Part shown: piece after piece, positions 8,923 through 17,476 of the stretch
Numbering within the stretch: position 1 is the first letter of the stretch
How the letters are laid out: every line of letters starts with the position of its first letter
DNA from: an uncultured Nitrososphaerota archaeon
Lineage (GTDB): Archaea > Korarchaeota > Korarchaeia > Korarchaeales > Korarchaeaceae
NCBI GenBank assembly: GCA_964618805.1
Contig: CAZUBM010000007.1
Coordinates: forward strand, 5,888-69,887
Reading direction: 5' to 3'
DNA length: 64,000 nucleotides
Translations under genes and position numbers: made by a program
The notes under the pieces: generated by a model
Seen by the model: the letters and a program-made list of their open reading frames with translations, nothing else
The model's database searches: none
What the model was told of the DNA's origin: nothing

Positions 8923-9852
8923 GTGTCGGAACTGGATAAGAAACCAACAAATAGGAAGAAAGGGGCTAATACCCTAGTAGTTGCTTGCATCCCAGCCTAC
9001 AATGAGGAAGAGAACATTGCTAAGGTAATAGTGGAGACCATGGAGTATGTGGACAAAATCGTAGTTTGCGACAATGGTTCTAGCGATCTCACAGCAAAGA
9101 TAGCCGAGAAGCTTGGTGCATTGGTGGTTAAACACAAAAAGAACATGGGATATGGCGCTGCTTTAGCGACACTCTTTGAGAAAGCCAGGGACATAGGGGC
9201 TGACGTTGTGGTAACGATAGATGCTGATTATCAGCACGACCCTCGCGACATACCAAAGCTAATTGAGCCCATAATTAACAAGGAGGCGGATCTGGTTATA
9301 GGATCAAGGTTCCTTGAAGAGAGTAATTCCATCCCTTTGTACCGGAGATTTGGAATTAAAATAATAACGGCATTGACAAAAAGAGCCAGCTATCGAGGGA
9401 TCACAGATGCCCAATCAGGGTTTAGAGCTTACAGCAAAAGGGCCATCCAAATGCTAACACCTGGAGAGTACGGGATGGGAGTTAGCACGGAAATTCTCAT
9501 TCAAGCAAAGGAGCGCGGGTTTAGAATCAAAGAAGTGCCGATAAAGGTCAGTTACAGTAAGGCTTCGAAGCGGAATCCACTGTACCATGGTTTGATTGTG
9601 GTTACAAGCACAATAAAGCAGATATCAATTAGACATCCCCTTCTATCTTATGGAGTGCCTGGTTTCGTTGCTCTAGTTGTTGCTGCGGTCTTTTGGATCT
9701 GGACATTGAGGCTTTTTGCGGTTAGAGGTCGGGTGGTGACTAACGTGGCGTTGATAGCCATTGGCGCCACCATGGTCGGGTTAATTTTACTGACCACAGC
9801 AATGATCCTGTGGGTTCTCATAAGCCTTTTGAGAAGGTCCAAGAATGTGTAA
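8923..9852 (+). CDS. GT2 polyprenol/dolichol-phosphate glycosyltransferase with two C-terminal TM helices
   Basis: IPAYNEE, VCDNGSSD, DADYQHDP, IGSR and DAQSGFRA motifs. Confidence 0.9.
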   Translation: MSELDKKPTNRKKGANTLVVACIPAYNEEENIAKVIVETMEYVDKIVVCDNGSSDLTAKIAEKLGALVVKHKKNMGYGAALATLFEKARDIGADVVVTIDADYQHDPRDIPKLIEPIINKEADLVIGSRFLEESNSIPLYRRFGIKIITALTKRASYRGITDAQSGFRAYSKRAIQMLTPGEYGMGVSTEILIQAKERGFRIKEVPIKVSYSKASKRNPLYHGLIVVTSTIKQISIRHPLLSYGVPGFVALVVAAVFWIWTLRLFAVRGRVVTNVALIAIGATMVGLILLTTAMILWVLISLLRRSKNV

Positions 9853-9899
9853 GCAGCATTAATTTTCATTTTATATTTTTTGGCTAAGAACAAAACCGG

Positions 9900-12152
9900 A
9901 TGGCTGTTATGGATAAGGAAGCACGTTGGCAAAGAAGTAACAAAGAACAGCCCAGCTCCATCAGACATCAAATAATTGGCCTTATAAGCCAAAAGAAATT
10001 AGAGCTAGTCTTGTTAGAAGTTTTTGGTCTTTTGCTATTCCTGATTACTAAAAGCTCTCCCTACCTTACCATTTTGCGGGTTGTTACCGGCCTTTTTTCG
10101 CTTCTGATCCTGCCAGGATATTTCTTGGTAAAGATTTCAAACCTTTTCTCTGACTTGATTGAAATTTGGTCACTTTCACCGCTCTTTGGAGCGATTTACC
10201 AGTTGTTTGTAGTCTATTTGATGTTCGTAGTCTCGACGGTGTTTAACGAAATAAATTTCTCAGTAGCCATATCTGCAGTTCCCCTGGTTCCAACCCTTCT
10301 TTATCTGGGAAAGTCTGGGATTGAGGTTCTTAATATCAAGAAAGGGTCAGAAGAAAGGGGATTGTCAAGCATCGCTTGGCTGGGAATGATGGTCGTCCTA
10401 GGTCTTATCCTCCGAATAAATTACCAAAGGGTTTCGGTAAATCCGCACACAGACACCTCTCTTTTTTGCGAAATGGCGAGAAATCTATTTGAAAAAGGGA
10501 AGTTCACGTCTAAGGTGATAATGATACAAAGGCCCGCTTATTTTAAGGGAGGGTTTAACCCCCATCCATTCGCCTACTTCTCTTATGCTATCTTCTTCGC
10601 AATTGGAGGCCCCTCTTATTTCTCCACAAAGCTAGCAACGATTTTTTATGGTATGATAGCAATTCTTTTGGCTTATCTCTTTGTTAGAAGGTTTTACGAT
10701 GAGAGAGTTGCCTTAATCTCGCTCTTTTTGATGATCTTCCATCCGATAATCGTCTTCTTCACATCGATTCCCATAAACGGTTCTGAGATCATTGGCGTAG
10801 CTTTTCTTTTCTCAACAGTCTATCTCTTCTCCCTAGGGTTGGTTAAAGGTTGTAGTTCAAAATACATGCTTCTTGCTGGTCTCTCTGCTTTTGCTACCCT
10901 TGCATCTAGAGCAGAATACTTCTACGTCTTTGTCCTGTGTAGTCCTTTTTTGGTGTTCTCTCTGATAAGGATTAACGGAGAGCTGGATCTTCACAGATAT
11001 GTTAAGGCTTCCCTCATATTATATTTGTCTCTCCTGCTTAGGTTCAGCGATTTTTTGGCGATACCAAGCAGCTTCATCCATTTACTCATTCCGATATCCG
11101 TCCTAGTCTTAAACATCTTGTTTTACCTTTTTTGGAAGGTAGAAGAGGTAATGGGTTTTACTGCATTTAATGCAATAATAGCTTTTCTAATGGTTCTATC
11201 GGTACCCAATGCCTACCTCCTGCTGAGATCTCCCCCAACGCCCCTCCATGGCATTATTGTCAAGAAAAAAGGGGCAGTCATGTTAGCTGCCTTTCTGGAT
11301 ATGCTTAGAAAGGCTTTGCTGCTATCTTTAGATTTCAAGGAATTCCCATCAAGGTTTGGAGCGCTCTGGCAGATTACTTTGAAAAAGTTGTCCATTCCAA
11401 TTTTCATAGCCTCCATTCTTACCATGGCACTAGTTCGCAAGCTTAGCAACCTGTTTCTTTCGCTCTTTGTTTTTGCGTACTTAACCATTTTATCCCTATC
11501 CCGGCTCCCAATAGGAGGCGTGGACCATCACAGGTTCCTCTTAGCAATATTCTTCATCCTCATAACGTTCTCTGCCCAGACAATCCACATAATCTTAGAT
11601 AGAATTCTGAAGTCTGTAAAAAAAGGTTTCTCCATTTATATCCGCATTTCGCTTAAATTAAGCTCGAGAAGTGTTGGTTTTTACTTTAGAAAGCTAAATT
11701 TACTCGCGCTAGGCGCCGTGCTAGCCATAGCCCTAATGTTTTCAATGTTTCTGTATCCACTTTACCTCTCTGAGGTCTATGTTGTGAGATCTACCGACAT
11801 TAGGGCGATATATAGATATGATGATGCTATCGAGTGGGTGGTCAAAAACACGGCGCCCGACTCGGTATTGATGGCATACAAGCCCTATGAATGGGCATGG
11901 TACACCAACAGAACCAGTTTGATGCCCTTCCCCTTACACCTAAATCTATCCCAACTGTGTTACCTAATAAGGCTCTTCAAGGTAAACTATCTGATAATCG
12001 ACGAGACTTTCTACTGTTCCTATTCGAACAAAGAGGTGAGGTCGCTGTACTTGCTTAGCCCTCAGGAGGGTTTTGTGAAAGTTTTTAGCTCCTCAACCAA
12101 GCCAAGTGTCGTAATATACAATGTGACTTCGATTTGGAGCGATAACCCTTGA
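9900..12152 (+). CDS. GT-C fold (PMT/ArnT-like) multi-pass glycosyltransferase
   Basis: Many TM helices; first external loop PHTDTSLF; PHP motif; C-terminal AIEWVVKNT.PDS...VNYLIID soluble domain. Confidence 0.75.
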   Translation: MAVMDKEARWQRSNKEQPSSIRHQIIGLISQKKLELVLLEVFGLLLFLITKSSPYLTILRVVTGLFSLLILPGYFLVKISNLFSDLIEIWSLSPLFGAIYQLFVVYLMFVVSTVFNEINFSVAISAVPLVPTLLYLGKSGIEVLNIKKGSEERGLSSIAWLGMMVVLGLILRINYQRVSVNPHTDTSLFCEMARNLFEKGKFTSKVIMIQRPAYFKGGFNPHPFAYFSYAIFFAIGGPSYFSTKLATIFYGMIAILLAYLFVRRFYDERVALISLFLMIFHPIIVFFTSIPINGSEIIGVAFLFSTVYLFSLGLVKGCSSKYMLLAGLSAFATLASRAEYFYVFVLCSPFLVFSLIRINGELDLHRYVKASLILYLSLLLRFSDFLAIPSSFIHLLIPISVLVLNILFYLFWKVEEVMGFTAFNAIIAFLMVLSVPNAYLLLRSPPTPLHGIIVKKKGAVMLAAFLDMLRKALLLSLDFKEFPSRFGALWQITLKKLSIPIFIASILTMALVRKLSNLFLSLFVFAYLTILSLSRLPIGGVDHHRFLLAIFFILITFSAQTIHIILDRILKSVKKGFSIYIRISLKLSSRSVGFYFRKLNLLALGAVLAIALMFSMFLYPLYLSEVYVVRSTDIRAIYRYDDAIEWVVKNTAPDSVLMAYKPYEWAWYTNRTSLMPFPLHLNLSQLCYLIRLFKVNYLIIDETFYCSYSNKEVRSLYLLSPQEGFVKVFSSSTKPSVVIYNVTSIWSDNP

Positions 12153-12188
12153 TCCTCGCCAGTCTATGGTGATAGGGTTTGAGGGATT

Positions 12189-12521
12189 TCCACCTATCCT
12201 CACCACATTATATCCAAGTTCCTTAATCTGGCTCTCAATTTCTCCCGGAAATAGGAACTCTCCACCTAAAATGAGAACTCTGGAAATCTGGGGATTTCCA
12301 AGCAGGTCTTTAAACCCATCCTGTGATAGTCTTGTGTTTGAGCTTAAATTAACAACCTTTATCCCATACACCCGAACGAACTCTGAGCTTGGAGTGTTCG
12401 TGATCCAAGGAACTCTTACTGCGAGTCTTTGAGAGATAGATATGACCTTATACAGCGTGTCTTGAGAAGTTGTAGGTAGAACAACGATCGTGTTCCTTGG
12501 AGAATTCCTTATGATGTAGAA
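12189..12521 (-). pseudogene. Remnant paralogue of the C-terminal (CWB2-like) part of gene 39399..41393
   Basis: IRNSPRNTIVVLPTTSQDTL..SQRLAVRVPWITNTPS...GIKVVNL...VLILGGE...IKELGYNVVRIGG aligns with RKDSPKDSLVIILSTSEELL..LQRYVVNLSWTTSNPS...GMRVVKL...VILLEGE...LKKAGYEVLRLGG. Confidence 0.8.
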
Positions 12522-12556
12522 AGGAGCTTATGGTCGAAAAAGAGGAGGTCTAGACC

Positions 12557-14434
12557 ATGTTAAGATTAGAAGCATTTGATCTTAAAAAGAAGAGACTTGC
12601 TCTATTTACTTTGGCAATATTAACGCTCTCATTCTCTTCAGTAGAAGGTTTGAAAGCAGTATACAAGATCTCAATGCCACCTTCACTCAATAAGAGTTAT
12701 GTACCAGTTATTCTACATTATGATTCCTACTTCTACAGCAGCCCTGTGAAAATGCTCGAGAAGACACTTCAGTTCCTCATTTCGATGAACTTTCCAGTTG
12801 AAAAACTCTCAATAACGGTTTGGAGGGATGTCCTTGAGAAAGACAACTTGTTCTACGATTTGAAGAGCAGGCTTGAGAAGTATGGGTTTAGCTGGGACAG
12901 TTATCATGTAGGCCTTTTCCTGCCTCCTGAAGATGCAAACGATAGATACATCTTAGAGCTTGCGATGGAGGACTACAAAGGTAGATTCGGTAATTATCCT
13001 TTCTTTGTTGCTGGCTTCGCAGCCAGTAACGATACATACCTCTGGTTAGAGAAATATGGCGTTAGAATATCCTTTTTCAACCTATGGGAGGATGGACAGG
13101 ACTATAGCTTTAGGGGACATCCTTGTCCTGATAGGATTAAAGGAGCGAATTGGGAAGGAATTGGGAAGGTTCTCCCTTTCAACCATACAAACCGAGCCTA
13201 AGATCATCTAACATCCCTGGGCTACATTTAAGAGAAGAAGCGCGCGCATGTGGATATTCAGGAATCCTTCAAACGCCTACCTAAAGGCGAATTTCGCTGG
13301 ATGGGGGAGCATCCATCCCGGCGATCTTCTCATATCCCTTTCCCCTAATGGCTCCATTAAAACATCATCCGTGGAAGAGGCAATATCCAGACTTAATTCA
13401 ATCTTGGATCTTGTAGAACTAAACGCCTATTACAATAGGTTCCTTGTTTTGAGTTATGTAACGGAGCTTTACTCCTTGCAGAAATTTTCGGATAGGTTTG
13501 AGGTTTGGAAGAGAAGTGTGTTAGAGTTAAAAAAAGGCTACGTTTTCGTCAATCTCCGCAATCTCAGGACGATTTTGGACTCTCAAGCAGGTGTCCCTAG
13601 CACTCCAGCTTACTTTTGGGTTGATAACTCCACCAATTCCGACTTCATAAGGAGAGGAGAGGAACTTCCCTTTACAATGGTAGTTAGCCCTTACGGTAGG
13701 TTCATATTCTGTAGGAGGGATCCTGAAGCCGATCCTTATACTCCCCACCTGTCAGTTGTCAGCTAAAGCCTTTAACAGGACTTTTCAGAGCGTAAGAGAA
13801 GCTGTAGGAGGAGGACTAATGAAGTTAAATGTAATGGTTAATGGAACTCCCATATTCATGAGATGGAAGGGAGATATAAGCGAAGTTAGGGTAATTCCGA
13901 AGAAGGAGATAATCATTGAGTTCAACTACACAAAAGGAGAGGTTTCCTTTTTGAGGTTTATCAGAAGGATACACCTCACTCCTCTGGGAGTTTACGTGCA
14001 GGACTCGTCGAATTTACATCAAAGGTTTACGTAGATCTAAACTTTCTACAATACCTGACCCTAGGTTCCAACTTCCCTGGACCTCCTTCAGACGACGGGA
14101 TCCTAGTCCTTGACGACAAGGGTACCAAATATATTTTTCAGGCGAAAATGAGGGAGTTGTTCGAATCCCCTTGGATGGAGAGATCATTCTATTCAGAGCA
14201 TGTGATGGCTACTCCTTAGCATTGAGAACGTTGAGCAAACCTGAAAGAACCTTCGTTTATGATGAGAAAATGGAAAGTAAGTGGGAGACCATCTCCTTTT
14301 ACTTTGAACCTGGGACACTCCGATCTGGAGATAGGATTAACTTTTCTTACATGATAGTTCCAGCCAGCTCAATAGGGGAAGCTTTATTGATCTCTAAGCG
14401 AATTTTGAGCATTATTCCAACTTCAAACCCCTGA
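12557..14434 (+). pseudogene. Fragmented paralogue of gene 45711..47585
   Basis: Four track ORFs (12557, 13248, 13756, 14171) are collinear with the 624-aa protein (ILHYDSYF, WEDGQDYS, GWGSIHPGDLLI, MKLNVMVNGTPIFMRW, KWET); the first frameshift is an 11-bp tandem duplication aattgggaagg at 13148-13169. Confidence 0.93.
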
Positions 14435-14732
14435 AACTTTGAAGGCGAACAAGGCAAGACAAGGGCTAAGATGAGGAAATATATCGACTTTCCCTTACTC
14501 AATTTTCATGTATGGAGAACCAGAAAGATGATTAAGTCCACGATCGGGGAGTTAAAAAGGGATTTGGGTTTCATCATCTATGACATTTTGAATGTTTTAA
14601 TCACAATGGAGGAATGTTTTAATCGGTCATATACATTCCTATGTTCCTCGTTTTAGCTGTATTCATCCCAAAGGCAAGATAACCCAAAAAGGGTTCGTAT
14701 AAAGGGTTGTGCAACGTTTCGCAATCGTTTCA

Positions 14733-14749
14733 AAGAAAACCTTTAATTA
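14733..14749 (+). promoter_or_regulatory. BRE/TATA promoter candidate of the S-layer-like gene
   Basis: aagaaaac-c-tttaatta about 110 bp upstream of the ATG; SD-like gaggtg at ~14841. Confidence 0.55.
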
Positions 14750-14774
14750 TCTGCCCAATATCCTCCTTTGTGCC

Positions 14775-14819
14775 TTGACCCCCAATCAAGGGGGTCAAAC
14801 CCCAATCAAGGGGGTCAAA
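14775..14819 (+). repeat. 9-bp perfect inverted repeat overlapping a 20-bp tandem duplication in the putative 5' UTR
   Basis: TTGACCCCC-aatcaa-GGGGGTCAA (14775-14798); CCCCAATCAAGGGGGTCAAA at 14780-14799 and 14800-14819. Confidence 0.9.
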
Positions 14820-14856
14820 GGCCCATAAAACCCATAAAAAGAGGTGTAAAGAAGAA

Positions 14857-17397
14857 ATGAATAAGAAAGTCGTTTTAACGGCTTTATTCCTGATAGCACT
14901 AGTAGGAATGCCTGCAATGGTACCAACATCCGCCCAACCATGGACCGATCCTGCCGAGTGGTACATGACCATCGAAGGGCTTCTTGACGCGGACTATTAT
15001 ACCCTTTATCCATTCGAAATTGATGAAAGTTTGACGATAGGCTTCTCCAAATTTGGTGAGATGATCAACTCTATAGACAACGTAGGCCTAGAGTACCGGT
15101 CTGTCGATCCATTTGCTCCTCCAGCAGGTTCACTCGTAAGAAGCGTTCCAAAGACGATATGGCTGCAAGGCTGGCTAATTAACGTAACCTATACTCACGT
15201 AACGAAAGGACAAAGGAATGTTTGGGCCTGTGCATTGCACGCTGACACCGTTGCTTACGGAGGTCCGTGGTTAAGAGTCGACTTTCCGGGCGACTGGAGC
15301 CCTATCTACGGTTACGAGACCCCAGACGACCCAGGATACATACAGGATGAAGTTCCATACAGGGCAACAGACCTACACAACGGAGGAAGGAAGACTAACG
15401 GAACTGCTTACACTTACCCAATAAAGATAATATATGAAGGGCCGAGGAAGATTGTAATAGAGCTCAGGACAGACATATACGACCACTTCGTGTATGAGAA
15501 CGGGGACACGAGCGGGGACATACCTCTCGTTGCGGTTGTCTTCACCATAATATTCAACAAGGTGAAGAAGCAGGTCAACATAATAAAGGACGTGAAGAGC
15601 CTGATGCCAGACAAGGTAATGGTAGGAAAGATGAACGTCCAGTTCAGCAACAGGGGAGAGATCGACTTAGGAAACGAGGGAGTAGGGTACAAGAGCTACG
15701 TGCACTTCTACACACAGGGTAACTCTTCTGAGACAGTGGAAGTGGGTGTGGCAGCTCCATTTGACACCAAGATAGAAGGGCTTCGTACCGTGTACGGTGA
15801 ATCATGGGCGCTAGTTCTCACTAATCCTGGACTTGAGTTCCCACCTCCGGAGGGACCTGGTCCAGAGAAGACAGGGGCTCCAACTTCTACAGATGAAAGC
15901 TCAACTGGTCACTTCCCGCAGCCAGACGGCGAGGCAACATTCGACCTGATCCAGGCAATAAACCCGGACGTGCCTCCGCGGGGAGTAGTATGGTTTGGCG
16001 CCTTCTGGCCCTCGCTGTCCGACTGGACAGTTGACGGGTGGCCGATGTGGTGGCGCTCAATGGACGCAAAGGACCCGCACAAGATAGACCTTGTTGACAC
16101 AGACACGGGAGAGAGCCTAGAACCTGAGATACCGTTCTACATTGCCGAGTGGGACTTCGAGCTTGATGACGTTACTGGCACTGACGTGCAGTTCAGGGGC
16201 GTTGCGATGTACGGCGTGATTGACCGGCACGACGCAGATGATTTGAACTTGGGCAGAGGTGACGTCATAGATTCGGAAGTCCTCTACTTCTGCAACGAGG
16301 AGTTCAACCCGTGGGACTTAGAAAAGGCTACGGATCCTCATGACAAAGATACAGCTAGGTATGTAGAATTCTTCGATATAACAGAGGTTGACGCAGATGG
16401 TAATGTGACGCTCTACTATACACCAGTGCATGACCCAGTTGACTGGGATGCTTACAGCGTTTTCGCGGAGAGGCTTCTGCTGCTATGCCCATATGGATAC
16501 TATCTTCTCAAACCAGTTATAGACTACAACATCACATATGCTACAGGAGAGATTCACCTAGCAGACTGGGTCACTTATGAAATGTTATATTACGACTGCG
16601 TACTCAAGGTCCTGTATTCTGTTGATTACAAGTCAAGATACGAATGGATAGTGGTAGGAAGGGACGCAAAGACCACCGACGTGCTTGGAGCTGCTTATGT
16701 TGCTGCTGCCCTCAAGAACAAGGGATTCGAGACATGGATGATGGGCCTAGACATGATGGACGACCCGCGCTACTGGCGCGACAAGGTGCCTTGGGTGATG
16801 GCCCCGTTATCAGGAGTTCCAGTAGGCTACGACGACAGGGATGTGTACTACGACTGGGAGGGAGAGCAGGGACCGAGGCCTGCCCTCAAGGACCACTGGT
16901 GCAACCCAGAATTTACCATACTTCCGATTGCCAGCTCAAACCTCATAGCAGTTGGAGGACCAAGGGCCAACCTGCTCACTGAGTACGTGAACGAGTTCTT
17001 GCCAGTAGTGTATGATGGAGAGAAGCTAATATCCTTGAGCTGCTGGAGCAAGAACGCCTATGCTCATCCAGCATATGGCGGAGATCACTACGCAGTGATA
17101 GGAGTGTACAAGGACTTGAACGGAAGCGTAATACTTACGATCTGGGGAATGACAGGAGAGGACACCTACTGGGCAGCTGCATGGTTTGATCTGGATCGGA
17201 TCATCCACGCCTTACAGGACATCAAACCAGGAGTTGTAGCCATAGTCCTTTACATAGATTACACCCACTACGACATACTCCACGAGCCGGACATCTGCGT
17301 GCTCGAGTTCCTCGGAACCAAGAGTGAGACCTGGTATCCAGAGCTGGGCTGCCCGGACGGCCCGGACAAGCAGGTCCCGCCTCACCCTGACCCGTGA
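14857..17397 (+). CDS. Probable major S-layer / cell-surface glycoprotein
   Basis: Signal peptide; acidic and aromatic-rich; N-x-S/T sequons; C-terminal WIVVGR...DVLGAA...NLIAVGGPRAN S-layer-type module; own promoter, SD and terminator candidates; C/G-ending codon bias. Confidence 0.75.
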   Translation: MNKKVVLTALFLIALVGMPAMVPTSAQPWTDPAEWYMTIEGLLDADYYTLYPFEIDESLTIGFSKFGEMINSIDNVGLEYRSVDPFAPPAGSLVRSVPKTIWLQGWLINVTYTHVTKGQRNVWACALHADTVAYGGPWLRVDFPGDWSPIYGYETPDDPGYIQDEVPYRATDLHNGGRKTNGTAYTYPIKIIYEGPRKIVIELRTDIYDHFVYENGDTSGDIPLVAVVFTIIFNKVKKQVNIIKDVKSLMPDKVMVGKMNVQFSNRGEIDLGNEGVGYKSYVHFYTQGNSSETVEVGVAAPFDTKIEGLRTVYGESWALVLTNPGLEFPPPEGPGPEKTGAPTSTDESSTGHFPQPDGEATFDLIQAINPDVPPRGVVWFGAFWPSLSDWTVDGWPMWWRSMDAKDPHKIDLVDTDTGESLEPEIPFYIAEWDFELDDVTGTDVQFRGVAMYGVIDRHDADDLNLGRGDVIDSEVLYFCNEEFNPWDLEKATDPHDKDTARYVEFFDITEVDADGNVTLYYTPVHDPVDWDAYSVFAERLLLLCPYGYYLLKPVIDYNITYATGEIHLADWVTYEMLYYDCVLKVLYSVDYKSRYEWIVVGRDAKTTDVLGAAYVAAALKNKGFETWMMGLDMMDDPRYWRDKVPWVMAPLSGVPVGYDDRDVYYDWEGEQGPRPALKDHWCNPEFTILPIASSNLIAVGGPRANLLTEYVNEFLPVVYDGEKLISLSCWSKNAYAHPAYGGDHYAVIGVYKDLNGSVILTIWGMTGEDTYWAAAWFDLDRIIHALQDIKPGVVAIVLYIDYTHYDILHEPDICVLEFLGTKSETWYPELGCPDGPDKQVPPHPDP

Positions 17398-17401
17398 GGC
17401 G

Positions 17402-17425
17402 CCTCCCCTTTCCTTTTTTCTTTTT
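17402..17425 (+). terminator. T-rich terminator of the S-layer-like gene
   Basis: cctcccctttccttttttcttttt immediately after TGA. Confidence 0.7.
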
Positions 17426-17476
17426 AAACCTAGGTCTCTTTTGGAAGGAAGACAACCCTCGCTTCCCGACTTCCAT

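Noticed and set aside
14159-14170. GTTCGAATCCCC resembling a tRNA T-arm or att site
   Set aside because: No cloverleaf around it; lies within the coding remnant of the 12557..14434 pseudogene
12557-14434. Programmed frameshifting or phase variation as explanation of the split ORFs
   Set aside because: Several independent lesions of different kinds (11-bp duplication, deletions) indicate decay
14471-14656. 61-aa ORF upstream of the S-layer promoter
   Set aside because: No recognisable motif; likely decayed or spurious
14775-14819. Palindromic repeat as a mini-CRISPR
   Set aside because: Two abutting 20-bp copies, no spacer, no cas genes in the window
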